The position numbers and the translations under genes were made by a program. Positions 50,322-60,315 of a stretch of 64,000 nucleotides of DNA are shown here, one piece after another. Position 1 is the stretch's first letter. Every line of letters begins with the position of its first letter. The DNA is taken from positions 608,001 to 672,000 of the forward strand of contig NZ_JAQNDL010000005.1 of the NCBI RefSeq assembly GCF_028368995.1, read 5' to 3'. The stretch is from Nannocystis bainbridge (lineage in GTDB: Bacteria > Myxococcota_A > Polyangia > Nannocystales > Nannocystaceae). Under the pieces are notes generated by a model. The model ran no database searches, had not been told where the DNA came from, and saw only the letters and a program-made list of their open reading frames with translations.

Positions 50322-53300
50322 ATGGCAGTCTTCGAACCAGACCGCGGGAGGATCGTCCTCCGCATCGTGTACGACGGCCCCGGGCGCGCCGGCAAGACCA
50401 CCAACGTCGAGCAGCTCGCGCGCATCTTCGGCGCCCAGCCCGGCGACGAGCTGCAGGTCCACCCGGCGGCTACCGGTCGCACGATCTTCTTCGACTGGTT
50501 CAGCTTCGACGGCGGCATGCTCGACGGCCAGCAGCTGCAGATCCAGGTCGTCACCGTGCCGGGCCACAAGAGCCTCGAGCCGCGCCGCGCCCACATCCTC
50601 CACGGCGCCGACGTCGTGGTCCTCGTGTGCGACAGCGCCGTCTCCGGCCAGGACTCCGCGCGCGAGATGCTCGACAGCCTGCGCGAGCACCTCGGCAAGC
50701 GCGCCGACCACGTGCCCCTGTTGGTCCAGGCCAACAAGCAGGACCTCCCGAGCGCCATGTCGCCGCCCGAGCTCGCGGCCGCGCTCGGCCTCGGGCCCGA
50801 CGTGTCGGTGCTCGGCGCCCAGGCCTCGGCCGGCATCGGCGTGCGCGAGACGGCGATCGACGCGATCCGGGCGGCCGTGCGGCAGATGAAGCTGCGCACC
50901 ACCCACGACGGCCTCGGCGCCGTCGCCGGGCGGGCCGGCACCGCCGAGCAGCTGCGCACCGCCCTGCAGGCCCTCGATAACCACGGCACCCAGCGCGACG
51001 ACGACGCCGCTCACGCCCGGCCGCGCGCCCCTTCGGACGAGGGTCGCGTCGTCTACATCCGCTCGGCCAAGCTCGTCAGCCAGCTCGGCGGCGAGGCCGA
51101 CGCCGTCGGCCGCGCGCGCACGCGGGCCCCCGAACCTGTCCCTTCGAGCATGTCCGAACGGCCCGAGCCCGCGCGCCCGGCCAGGCCGCGGATCCCCGTC
51201 TCCGCCATGTTCCTCGAGCCGGTCCCCGACCCGCCCGACATCCCCGCCGCCCCGCCCGCGGCCGTGCGCGTCCCGCCGCCGCCCGTGCTCTCGCTCGCCG
51301 ACCCGCCGGGCCCCGCCGTCGCGCCGCTCGAGCTCGATCCCTCCGACTCGACGGCGCTCGCCAGCGATGCCTCTTCGAGCGACATCTTCGCGACCTCCGA
51401 GCGCATCACCGCACCTGTCCCCGAGGACATCCAAGCTCCCGCCTCTTCGCCGAGCGAGCCTGCGCCGAACGTCAGCGCTCCCGCCGACCCGGCCCCCTCC
51501 CACGCACCTGTCCCCGAGGACAGCAATGCGGTCGCCGAGGCCGGGCCTCCGGGCGAGCTCCCGCCCGCGGCGCCCCACGCACCTGGCCCCAAAGCCAGCA
51601 CCATCCCCCCCCCGGCCGGGCCGTCCCCACAACCTGTCCCCCAGGCCAGCCAGACGAGGACCCCGTCACCCGGCCGGCCACCTGCTCTCAAGGACAGCGC
51701 CCTCGCCCGATCGGCCAAAGATCTGCGGGAGCGACTCCGCGTCGCCCCGCTGACCCACGAAACTGTCCCCCAGGACAGCCCCTCGATCACGGCCGCCAAG
51801 CACGCCCTCGCCGTCCCCGCGGCCCGCGCAGCCGGCAGCTCCCCAGCCGCATCTGGCCCGCAGGACCCGCGTCCTACATCCGCCCGCGCTGCGTCCGAAA
51901 CTCCTGTCCAGGAGGACAGCAGCGCTCCCTCGTCCGCCGCCTCCCCGCAGCCCACACCTGGCCTCGAAGCCAGCACTTCACAGGCTGTCCCTAAGGACAG
52001 CCAAGACTCTGCCGCCGGTCACGCTGCCACGGCCAGCCCGAGTCTCGCTTCCGAACCCGTCGCCGAGGACATCGCCTCCTCCTCGCCTGTCCCCGAAGAC
52101 AGCCCTGCCCCAGCCTCCGAGCACCCCCCCGCGGCCAACCAGAACCTCGCGTCCGCTCCTGCCCCCGAGGACATCACCCCAACCCCATCTGTCCACGAGG
52201 ACAGCCCCGGCCCCTCCTCAGTCTCCGAGGACCGCTCGAGCCTTCCGTCCTCCCCTGTCCCCGAGGATATCACCGCATCCTCGCCTGTCCTCGAGGACAA
52301 CCCAAACCCGGCCTCCGCTCCCGAGAATCAGCCCCCTCCGTCTCCCAAGGATATCACCCCATCATCACCTGTCCTCGAGGACAGCCCACCCGCAACCTCC
52401 GCCCCCGAGACTCAGCCCCCTCCGTCCCTCGAGGATATCACCGCATTCTCGCCTGTCCCCGAGGACAGCCCACCCGCAACCTCCGCCCCCGAGACTCCGC
52501 CCCCTCCATCCCCCGAGGACATCGCCTCATCCCCGCCTGTCCCCGAGGATAGCCCAAACCCGACCTCCGCCCCCGAGACCCAGCCCCCTCCATCCCCCGA
52601 GCACATCGCCTCATCCCCGCCTGTCCCCGAGGACAGCCCACCGCCCGTCCCCGACCCGCAGCCCGCTCCATCCCTCGACCTCCCCCCGCCGCGCCCCGAC
52701 CTGCCTCCTGGCCACGTCTGGCCGGTCCCTGGCGGCCGTCATGTCCTCGAGCGGATCGCCGACGCCTCGCTCCACCGCGCCAGTCCTTCCGGACATGCCC
52801 CCTCGAGCATGCTCTTCGAGACAGGTGATTTCCGCCTCCACACCCGCCCCGAGTGGCGCTTCGCCGACCCCGAGCAGGGGCGCGCCGCGCTCCGCGACCA
52901 CGTCCGGCGGGCCGCCCGGCTCGGCCCCCTGCTCCCGGCCGACACCGCCATCGCCCTCGCGCCCACCGGCGCCAACGACGAGCACCTCCTCTGGCACATC
53001 GTGCCCGCGCTGGATTCGCTCGGCCAGGCCATCGAGCGCGCCCCCGAGAGCGAGCGTCCGCAGCAGCTCGCCCGCCTCGCCGCCGCCTACGCCACCGCCT
53101 TGCGCCTGCTCGCCCGCGACGGCCTCGCCCTCGAGCTCGCCCCGCACGCCTTCGCCGAGCAGCACGGTCGCTGGGTCTACCTCGGCGCCCGCCTCGGCGG
53201 CCCTGCATCCGCCACCGAGGTCCTGGACGCCCTCCTGCGCCCCTCCCTCGACCTGCCCTCGCGCACGGCCTGGCTCGACGCCCTCGAGCAATCCCTGCCC

Positions 53301-53411
53301 ACCACCCTCACGCGCGACGACGTCGCCGCTCTCGGCCTCGACCCCGAACTCGCCACCGCCAGCGACGAGCCCTCGACCCGCCTCCGCGCCATCCTCGCCC
53401 GCTGCAGCTGA
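50322..53411 (+). CDS. MglA-like small GTPase fused to a long repetitive Pro/Ser/Asp/Glu linker and a C-terminal domain
   Basis: AGGAG RBS. G1 YDGPGRAGKTTN, G2 RTIFFD, G3 TVPGH, G4 NKQD, G5 ASA. Confidence 0.85.
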   Translation: MAVFEPDRGRIVLRIVYDGPGRAGKTTNVEQLARIFGAQPGDELQVHPAATGRTIFFDWFSFDGGMLDGQQLQIQVVTVPGHKSLEPRRAHILHGADVVVLVCDSAVSGQDSAREMLDSLREHLGKRADHVPLLVQANKQDLPSAMSPPELAAALGLGPDVSVLGAQASAGIGVRETAIDAIRAAVRQMKLRTTHDGLGAVAGRAGTAEQLRTALQALDNHGTQRDDDAAHARPRAPSDEGRVVYIRSAKLVSQLGGEADAVGRARTRAPEPVPSSMSERPEPARPARPRIPVSAMFLEPVPDPPDIPAAPPAAVRVPPPPVLSLADPPGPAVAPLELDPSDSTALASDASSSDIFATSERITAPVPEDIQAPASSPSEPAPNVSAPADPAPSHAPVPEDSNAVAEAGPPGELPPAAPHAPGPKASTIPPPAGPSPQPVPQASQTRTPSPGRPPALKDSALARSAKDLRERLRVAPLTHETVPQDSPSITAAKHALAVPAARAAGSSPAASGPQDPRPTSARAASETPVQEDSSAPSSAASPQPTPGLEASTSQAVPKDSQDSAAGHAATASPSLASEPVAEDIASSSPVPEDSPAPASEHPPAANQNLASAPAPEDITPTPSVHEDSPGPSSVSEDRSSLPSSPVPEDITASSPVLEDNPNPASAPENQPPPSPKDITPSSPVLEDSPPATSAPETQPPPSLEDITAFSPVPEDSPPATSAPETPPPPSPEDIASSPPVPEDSPNPTSAPETQPPPSPEHIASSPPVPEDSPPPVPDPQPAPSLDLPPPRPDLPPGHVWPVPGGRHVLERIADASLHRASPSGHAPSSMLFETGDFRLHTRPEWRFADPEQGRAALRDHVRRAARLGPLLPADTAIALAPTGANDEHLLWHIVPALDSLGQAIERAPESERPQQLARLAAAYATALRLLARDGLALELAPHAFAEQHGRWVYLGARLGGPASATEVLDALLRPSLDLPSRTAWLDALEQSLPTTLTRDDVAALGLDPELATASDEPSTRLRAILARCS
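52254..52640 (+). repeat. 84-bp (28-aa) tandem repeat, ~4.5 copies, inside the GTPase linker
   Basis: Equivalent positions at 52263, 52347, 52431, 52515 and 52599. The unit is approximately PPPSPEDIASSPPVPEDSPNPTSAPETQ. Confidence 0.9.
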
Positions 53412-53451
53412 TCCGTCCGCCCGGGCCCTCGACCTCTCTACAACTCCACAA

Positions 53452-54519
53452 TCATTCCGCCACGTCGACCCACGCCCCTCCCGTCAGCCGCAGCAGCGCC
53501 ACCTCATCAAAAATCACCGGCCGCCGCGGATCTTTGCGCGGGCTGACCCGCATCAACGGGCTGCGCCAGCGCCCATCCAGGCTGTCGAGCGCGGCCAGCA
53601 GCCCCGCGCGCGACGGGCACGGCCCCGCGCGGCGCAGCAGCTCCACCGTCAGCTCGGCCAGCGCTTGCCCGCCGATGCTCGTCCCCGTCACCTCGACCTG
53701 CGGCGCGCGGCGGGCCATCAACTCGCGGTGCCCCGCGATCGCCGGAGAACCTGACCCTTCGGCCATGTACAGCCAGTGCGCCCCGACCACCCCCTCGCCC
53801 GCCGGCCCGAGCAGCGTCGTCAGCCCGTCGACGAACCCCACCAGCCAGCGCGGCGCGAACCCGCGGCCGCGCCCGTGAACGATCGCCGCCGCCTCCTGCT
53901 CCGGCCGCACCACCAGCAGCACCGCCTCCACGCCCGCCGCCTGCATCGCAGCCACTGCTGGCTCGATCGCCTCGCCCGCGCCCAGCCAGCGCGAGCACGT
54001 CGGCGCCCGCCCGAGCCCCTCCGCGAACCCGGCCACCCAGTCGCGGCCGAAGTCCGTATCGTACGTGATCGTCCCGACCCGCCCGGGCGCGCGCACGTGC
54101 TGCCCGAGCGCGCGCCCGTTGACGTGGTACGGCACGTTGGCCACGAACATGTTCGCCCGCGGCGGCTCGGCCATCGCCGACGCCCCCGTCACCACCGCCA
54201 GGTCGGGCATGTTCGCCGCCGTCAGTCGATCGATCACCGTCGCGTGCGGCGGCGTGCCCACGCACATCAAGAACCCGAGCAGCGCCGGCCCGGCCAGCAG
54301 CCGCTCGACCACCGCCGGCGTCTCGCCCGGATCGTAGCGATCGTCGCCGACGACCAGCTCGATCGGGTGCCCGTGCACCCCCCCCGCCGCGTTGACCTCG
54401 GCGAACAGCGCCTGCGCGGCCCCGGCGATCTCGCCGAACATCGCCATCACCCCGGAGAGCGGCGCGTGACAGCCGAAACGAATCGTCTCACCCGGCCGCA
54501 ATTTTTCTTCAAATTCCAT
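53452..54519 (-). CDS. Type I periplasmic-binding-protein fold (branched-chain amino acid binding family), no signal peptide
   Basis: IRFGCHAPLSG, VNAAGGVHGHPIELVVGDDRYDP and TYDTDFG. Confidence 0.8.
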   Translation of the reverse strand: MEFEEKLRPGETIRFGCHAPLSGVMAMFGEIAGAAQALFAEVNAAGGVHGHPIELVVGDDRYDPGETPAVVERLLAGPALLGFLMCVGTPPHATVIDRLTAANMPDLAVVTGASAMAEPPRANMFVANVPYHVNGRALGQHVRAPGRVGTITYDTDFGRDWVAGFAEGLGRAPTCSRWLGAGEAIEPAVAAMQAAGVEAVLLVVRPEQEAAAIVHGRGRGFAPRWLVGFVDGLTTLLGPAGEGVVGAHWLYMAEGSGSPAIAGHRELMARRAPQVEVTGTSIGGQALAELTVELLRRAGPCPSRAGLLAALDSLDGRWRSPLMRVSPRKDPRRPVIFDEVALLRLTGGAWVDVAE

Positions 54520-54545
54520 CCTCGACCCTCCTGTCGCCCTCATCC

Positions 54546-54560
54546 GCCATGCAAGTGCCA
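54546..54560 (-). promoter_or_regulatory. Possible sigma-54 -24/-12 promoter
   Basis: TGGCACTTGCATGGC gives GG-N10-GC, with one mismatch to TGGCAC-N5-TTGC. It lies ~27 bp upstream of the ATG, with GGAGG in between. Confidence 0.3.
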
Positions 54561-54654
54561 TGAATCGAACCCGCGATCTCCGCCCTGCGGACATTCTCCC
54601 ATTCGCGGCATCTCGCCAGCCTCTTCGAGCACGCCGCCCGCGCTTCCCTGCGTC

Positions 54655-55965
54655 TCATGCTTCCTCCGCCAGCGACGCGTCTCCGCCCAGCCATCGCTCG
54701 ACCAGCACAACTCCACGGTCGCCCGCCTCGACCCTCTGCATCTCCGCCTGCATGCGCCCCAGCGCCTCAGTGTAACGGCCAGCAAGCGCCCGATCGACGG
54801 CCGCCTCCAGCCCCTCCCCCGAATCATCCGCCGCTGCCAGCACCTCGCCGAGCCCATGATGGGCCGCCCGCGCCGCGTTGCCCTGGGCATCAAAGGGGTT
54901 GAACTGCGGCGCCAGCACCAGCGGCACCGCATCTTGGAGGCACTCCTTGATCGTCCCCATCCCGCCGACCGAGATCATCACCGACGCCGCGCCCAGCACC
55001 GCCTGTTGTGGCGCCCACGCCAGCACTCGCGCGTTGGCCGGCGCCGCCGCGGCCAGCCGATCCGCCCAAGTCGCGTCGCCTGCGATCACGAAGCTCAGCT
55101 CCGGCCGGCGCCGCGCCAATCGCAACACCTGATCCAGCAACGCCGCGTATTGCGGCCGCCAGAGCCCCTGCGAACCCAGCGCGCAGTACACCAGCGGCCG
55201 CCGCTGCAAGAACTCCTGCAATTCCGGCCCCACCGTCGCCGCCGCCGGCGACACGCTGGCGACATCGTCGTGGCAGCGCCCCGGCAACATTCGCGGGAAC
55301 TCGAAAGCCCGCGGTCCCAGGATCAATTGTGGCAGCCGCGGGAAGTCCGGCGCGATCGCCCCCTCCCACGAAAACTCCTCGCGCGGAAATCCATACACCG
55401 CCAGCAGCGCCTCCACGTAGCGCGGGTACCAATCGTCGGCTTCGCGCTGGCGCTGCTCGGCCAGCCGCGCCCACTCGGCCTCCGCGGCCGCCCGCGCTGG
55501 CGCGTCCGTGCCCCAGCGGACCGCGCTCGACAGCGGCGGCACCCCTGGTTCGCGGCCCTGGAAGCACGTCGGTGACAGCAGCCCCACGCGGATCCCCAGC
55601 CGCCGCGCCACGATCGGGATCGACACATCATAGACATCCCCGAGGATCAGGTCCGGCGCCGCCGCTCGATAGACCGCGTCGAGTCCGCCCGCCAGCAACC
55701 ATTGCACCCGCGCGTCACGGCGCCGCTCCGCGTCCGCCTCACGCGCCGGCTGATCCATCCCCGTCCACGCCGCCTCCGCCGCCGCCGGAAAGATGTGCTC
55801 GAGGTATGGCCGCAGCGTGACACCCTGGGCCGCGCAGAAATCATGCCACCACGGCGTCAGCAGATATTCGACCCTGTGCCCCGCCGCCGTCAATCCGCGC
55901 GCCAGCTTCAACGTCGGCAGCACGTGCCCGTGTTCACGCAGCATGTGAATCAAGATCCGCGCCAT
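54655..55965 (-). CDS. GT1 (MGT/UDP-glucuronosyltransferase-like) glycosyltransferase
   Basis: HGHVLPTL..A..L..AGHRV, YCALGSQ, WAPQQAVL, GGMGT..E and PLVLAP...DAQGNA. Confidence 0.85.
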   Translation of the reverse strand: MARILIHMLREHGHVLPTLKLARGLTAAGHRVEYLLTPWWHDFCAAQGVTLRPYLEHIFPAAAEAAWTGMDQPAREADAERRRDARVQWLLAGGLDAVYRAAAPDLILGDVYDVSIPIVARRLGIRVGLLSPTCFQGREPGVPPLSSAVRWGTDAPARAAAEAEWARLAEQRQREADDWYPRYVEALLAVYGFPREEFSWEGAIAPDFPRLPQLILGPRAFEFPRMLPGRCHDDVASVSPAAATVGPELQEFLQRRPLVYCALGSQGLWRPQYAALLDQVLRLARRRPELSFVIAGDATWADRLAAAAPANARVLAWAPQQAVLGAASVMISVGGMGTIKECLQDAVPLVLAPQFNPFDAQGNAARAAHHGLGEVLAAADDSGEGLEAAVDRALAGRYTEALGRMQAEMQRVEAGDRGVVLVERWLGGDASLAEEA

Positions 55966-55969
55966 CGCC

Positions 55970-57166
55970 TCACCTCTTGTGCGCCGGCGCCATCCAGCGC
56001 ATCAGCGGCAAAGCCAGCACCGCCGCCAGCGCGGCGCAGCCGGCCGCCGTCCAGTACAGCGCCGCGTAGCCGGCCCGCGACGCCACCTCGCCGAGGCCCA
56101 GCTCGGCCGCGAATCCGGCCACCGCCAGCGCCGCCCCGAGCGCCGCGCTCACCATCCCGCGCCCGCGGACCTTGTCGTAGAACGTCGAATACAGCGCTGG
56201 CCACAATAGCAAGTGTCCCAGCCCCGTCGCCACCCCGAGCGCGATCATCCCCGCCCCCGTGCGCACCTCCGCCAGCCCGCCCCCCACCGCGACCAGCAGC
56301 AGCGCGCTGGCCACCACCACCGGCCCGCGGCCCAGCCGATCGACCAGGTGCCCCGCCGCCGCGCGCCCGAGGGCGATCACCGCGAAGTAGGCCGCGAACA
56401 TCGGCGTCACGCTGCCGAGCGCGCGCCGGGTCGCCAGCGCGGTGATGAACGACTCCTGCGCCACGAAGTGGATCGACAGCAGCGTGAACACCACCATCAA
56501 CACGACCACCCGCGGCTGCACCATCTCGCGCGCGAACTCGCGGTACGGCGGCGCCACCTCCTCGGCCGCCGGCGCCGGCGCGCGCGCGAACACTCGCACC
56601 AGCACATGCACCGCCGCCAGGCCCGCCAGCGCCTGGCACATCGCCGCGAAGCCCCAGCGCCCCAGCAGCCCCTCCGCCAGCCCCGAGCCGATCACGTTGC
56701 GCGCCAGGCTGACGAACGCGAAGTAATACGCCAGCACCTGCGGCCTGCGCTCCGCCGGCACCGACGCCACCACCGTCGCCACCACCCCGACGTCGAGGTG
56801 CGCCGTGCCGAGGCTCATCAGCGCCACGCTGGCCGCCAGCCCGTTCACGCTGTCCGCCGCCGCCGCCGCGCACGCGAGCCCGAGCGCCTGCACCAGCGCC
56901 CCGCCGATCAGCATCGCCCGCAGCCGGTGCTGCGCCAGCCAGCCCGCCAGCGGCAGCGCCAGCAGCCCGCCCAGCGTCGACGCCGCCATCACCTCGCCGA
57001 TGATCGCCGGCGATTGTCCCGCGCCCTCGAGGTGACCGGGCACGAAGCGCAGCGCCATCGAGGCGATCGGTCCGAGCGCCGCCGCGGCGAAGAAGCCGAC
57101 GAATCGCGGGTCGCGCCACGGCAGCGCCGGCGTCCTGGCCTCATTCGCGCGTTCCCCCGCTCGCAC
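55970..57166 (-). CDS. MFS transporter
   Basis: About 12 hydrophobic segments and the motif GHLVDRLGRG. Ends 4 bp before the GT1 start. Confidence 0.85.
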   Translation of the reverse strand: MRAGERANEARTPALPWRDPRFVGFFAAAALGPIASMALRFVPGHLEGAGQSPAIIGEVMAASTLGGLLALPLAGWLAQHRLRAMLIGGALVQALGLACAAAAADSVNGLAASVALMSLGTAHLDVGVVATVVASVPAERRPQVLAYYFAFVSLARNVIGSGLAEGLLGRWGFAAMCQALAGLAAVHVLVRVFARAPAPAAEEVAPPYREFAREMVQPRVVVLMVVFTLLSIHFVAQESFITALATRRALGSVTPMFAAYFAVIALGRAAAGHLVDRLGRGPVVVASALLLVAVGGGLAEVRTGAGMIALGVATGLGHLLLWPALYSTFYDKVRGRGMVSAALGAALAVAGFAAELGLGEVASRAGYAALYWTAAGCAALAAVLALPLMRWMAPAHKR

Positions 57167-57390
57167 CCGGCTCGCCCCTCCGCCGCGCCCTCAATCTCGC
57201 ACGACCGCGACGCCGACGCGAGCCGGGCGAGATCGCCCGCCGAGACGCCGGCGAGGACCACCCTTTCAGGCTCGGGCGCCCGCGGAGTCCCCGGACGCGC
57301 AGCCCGGTCCGTCACCGCGCCACCGGGCCGAGCGCGCCCCCAATCACGATACCCCGAGCTGCCACCATTCCCGGCGTCGACACGGTGCCA

Positions 57391-57759
57391 TCATTTCCCC
57401 GCATCCCCGCCGAGGATGGTCGCGCCCGTCCACGTGAACACCTCCTGCGTCGGCGGCCCCAGCGGCGCCTGGTTCGGATCGGTGCCCGACAGCGCCAGCA
57501 CCGTCGATTTGAACCACACCTCGAAATCATCGGTGCTGGCCACGTACGCGTCGATCGGCGCCGCCTCGTCGACGCGCGTCACCACCAGCACCCACGGCCC
57601 GAACGGCGTGTTTTGCACGTGCCACGTGTCCAGCAGCACCCCGTAGCGCCGGTACGCCGCCTCGGCCTCGGCGCGCCGGCGCCCGCGGAGGGCCGCCACG
57701 AATGCCATCAGCTCGTCGACCGGTCGGCACAACGGGAATGCACGTACCGCGTAGGACAT
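57391..57759 (-). CDS. Small hypothetical protein (DUF6176-like alpha/beta barrel)
   Basis: GV...W..Q.TP.G...V...STDDFEVWFK pattern and typical codon usage. Confidence 0.65.
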   Translation of the reverse strand: MSYAVRAFPLCRPVDELMAFVAALRGRRRAEAEAAYRRYGVLLDTWHVQNTPFGPWVLVVTRVDEAAPIDAYVASTDDFEVWFKSTVLALSGTDPNQAPLGPPTQEVFTWTGATILGGDAGK

Positions 57760-57970
57760 GCTCGCGAACGTAGCACCGGCCCATCAGCCCGCGAGCGCGC
57801 CGTCCGCTCGCTGCGATCCACGTCGCAGGCGTCCGTGACACGCGCGGCCGCCCCCGCGCCTCGCCTGTGCGCCCCGTCTCCGCGGCCTCGCGCGAGCGCC
57901 CGTCCGCGACCCTCGCGCGCCGCCGCGCCGAGCCTTGTGCCCGGGGCCCGCCGCGGGCATCGTGGCCGCC

Positions 57971-58834
57971 ATGGCTTCCCGCGCCTCGTTCTTCGCCTCG
58001 CCGCTCCTCCTCCTCGCCCTCCTGCCCGCCTGCAACGGCGGCGAGAAGACCACCGCCGACGTCACCGCGACGATGGCCACCACCGACGCCGCCACCGACC
58101 CGACCACGGACGACGGCACCGCGACCGACTCGGGCTCCACCACTGACGGCTCGACCGCCAGCCCCACCGACCCCGGCACGACCGCGACCACCGACGCCAC
58201 CGTCACCACCGACGCGACCGTCACCACCGACGCGACGACGACGACCAACACCGCGACGGGCACGACCGACGCGACGACCACCACGACCGACGCGACGACC
58301 ACCGACACCGGCGACACCTCCACGACCACCGGCGTGATGCCCGGCTCGTGCGAGGGCGACGCGCCGCGGATCCGGCTGGCGACGACGATGGGCGACCTGG
58401 TCGTCCAGCTCGACGCCGTCAACGCCCCGGTCACCACCGCCAACTTCATCCACTACGTCGAGGCAGGCTTCTACGCCGGCACCATCTTCCACCGCGTGCT
58501 CGACGATTTTGTCATCCAGGGCGGCGGCTTCACCGCGGACCTGCAGAGCAAGCCGACCGAGCCGCCGATCCCGCTCGAGACCAGCCCCGCGCTGACCCAC
58601 GTCGACGGCGCCATCTCGATGGCCCGCACCAACAACCCCAACAGCGCCACCTCGCAGTTCTACATCTGCGACGGCCCGCAGCACTTCCTCGACGGCGACT
58701 ACGCCGCCTTCGGCGTGCTGGTCGAGGGCTTCGACGTGCTCGCCGCCATCGCCGCGGTCCCGACCCAGAGCGAGAAGGGCTACGACGACGTCCCCGTCGC
58801 CGACGTCATCATCGAGTCCGCCACCTGCGAGTGA
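57971..58834 (+). CDS. Cyclophilin-type peptidyl-prolyl isomerase lipoprotein
   Basis: LLPAC lipobox and Thr-rich linker. APVTTANF, FHRV..FVIQGGG, SMART and ATSQFYI. Confidence 0.92.
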   Translation: MASRASFFASPLLLLALLPACNGGEKTTADVTATMATTDAATDPTTDDGTATDSGSTTDGSTASPTDPGTTATTDATVTTDATVTTDATTTTNTATGTTDATTTTTDATTTDTGDTSTTTGVMPGSCEGDAPRIRLATTMGDLVVQLDAVNAPVTTANFIHYVEAGFYAGTIFHRVLDDFVIQGGGFTADLQSKPTEPPIPLETSPALTHVDGAISMARTNNPNSATSQFYICDGPQHFLDGDYAAFGVLVEGFDVLAAIAAVPTQSEKGYDDVPVADVIIESATCE

Positions 58835-58908
58835 GCTGACCTCCAGGACATGCCCGCGAGGGCATGTCCGCCCGGACATGACCGTCGGGTCATGTCCCCG
58901 AGGACACC
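58835..58908. repeat. 14-bp-period repeat array (5-6 units) between convergent genes
   Basis: CATG at 58849, 58863, 58877 and 58891, with degenerate cores at 58835 and 58905. Confidence 0.88.
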
Positions 58909-58915
58909 CAGTGCC

Positions 58916-60040
58916 TCAGCCCGGCGGCTCGAACTGCTCGCAGGCGGTGTCGATCACGCTGACCGCCGCGTCGAAGAACGGCGCGTAGTCGGGCGAGCAG
59001 ATCGAGCCCCAGCTGCCGTACGTGAACGACTCGGCGAACTGGCGCAGGCGCGGCGAGGCCTCGGCCTGGCCGGTGCACACCGGGTTCGGCTGGTCGGGGT
59101 CGCCGATGAGGCCGAGCACGACGATGTTCTTCTCGAGCCCGAACTTGGCGGCCACCAGCGACGCGTTCCAGCCGACCGGGTTGCCGTTCGACTCCTGGTC
59201 GTCCTCCTCGTCGGTGATGAAGGTGACGACCAGCAGCGCGTCCTTGCGCACGAACCCGTCGTTGCACCCGGCCGGCTTGGTGAGCGGCCCGACCGCCGCC
59301 ACCATCGCCTCCATCGGCCGCTCGCTGCCGTCGCCGTTGGTGCCGACCTTGGCCAGGCACTCGAAGGTGCTGGCGAGGTTGGGCTGGCCGTCGACCATAT
59401 AACGCTGGCCGCCGGCCACCCCGCACTCGCTGTCGCTCGGGTCCTTCGTCAGCCCGACCCCGAGCGTCGCGTCGCAGCCCTCGGGCTGCGGCAGCATGTT
59501 GCACGGGTACCCCTCGCACTCGGGGAAGAACGTGCAAAGCACCAGGCACTCCTGCAAGAACGCGTTGCCGGCGTCGGTGTCGACCACCATGATGTGGTAA
59601 TCCTCCACCTTCACCGTGTTCTGAATCGACGAGATGAAGCCGTCGAAGCTGACCGCCAGCGCCTCCTGCTCCTCGGCCATCGAGCCCGAGTTGTCGACCA
59701 CGAACAGGAAATCGATCTTCTGACAGCCGCCCTCGGGCCCACCGGTCTCCGGCGGCACGATCGGCCCGGTGTCCTCGCCGACGTCGAACTTGACCCCCTC
59801 GGTGTTGCCGCTGCTGGTCGGATTCGCCGTCGAGGCCTCGCTGCCCTCGCTCTCGCCCGCGGTCCCGCTGCCGCCCGGCCCCGTCGTCTCGCCGCCCCCG
59901 CTGCCGGGCGCCGTGGTCGAGATGCCCGGCAGGGTCCCGATCGACGAGACCCCCGTCTGTTGCGTATCCCGGCTATCGTCGGTATCGGCGCACGCCGGCA
60001 GCAACGCGGTGCAGATGCAAGCAGTAAAGAAGAGGCGCAT
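58916..60040 (-). CDS. vWA-like domain lipoprotein
   Basis: LLPAC lipobox, MIDAS-like DFLFVVDNSGSM and ITDEED. Confidence 0.8.
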   Translation of the reverse strand: MRLFFTACICTALLPACADTDDSRDTQQTGVSSIGTLPGISTTAPGSGGGETTGPGGSGTAGESEGSEASTANPTSSGNTEGVKFDVGEDTGPIVPPETGGPEGGCQKIDFLFVVDNSGSMAEEQEALAVSFDGFISSIQNTVKVEDYHIMVVDTDAGNAFLQECLVLCTFFPECEGYPCNMLPQPEGCDATLGVGLTKDPSDSECGVAGGQRYMVDGQPNLASTFECLAKVGTNGDGSERPMEAMVAAVGPLTKPAGCNDGFVRKDALLVVTFITDEEDDQESNGNPVGWNASLVAAKFGLEKNIVVLGLIGDPDQPNPVCTGQAEASPRLRQFAESFTYGSWGSICSPDYAPFFDAAVSVIDTACEQFEPPG

Positions 60041-60315
60041 GGTCCCCCACACCATAGCCACGGGTCACGCCTGCTGTCGAGCACGCTCGCCGGGCCCCGC
60101 ATCGCCGCCCCGCCGCTCCAGCGCCCCTCCTGCGGCCCTTCGCGTGCGAGCCCCAGCCAAGCTCACGAGCCCGCCGCGCTGTCCAGATCCGAGCGCTTTC
60201 GCACGACCCGGGGGCGGCGCCTCGACGCATGCTGAATGCGCATTCGCAGAAGACTGCCCCGCATTCGCCATTCCCGCCGCGGTCGCTCGATTCGGGAATC
60301 TCGCGTCTCGCGGGT

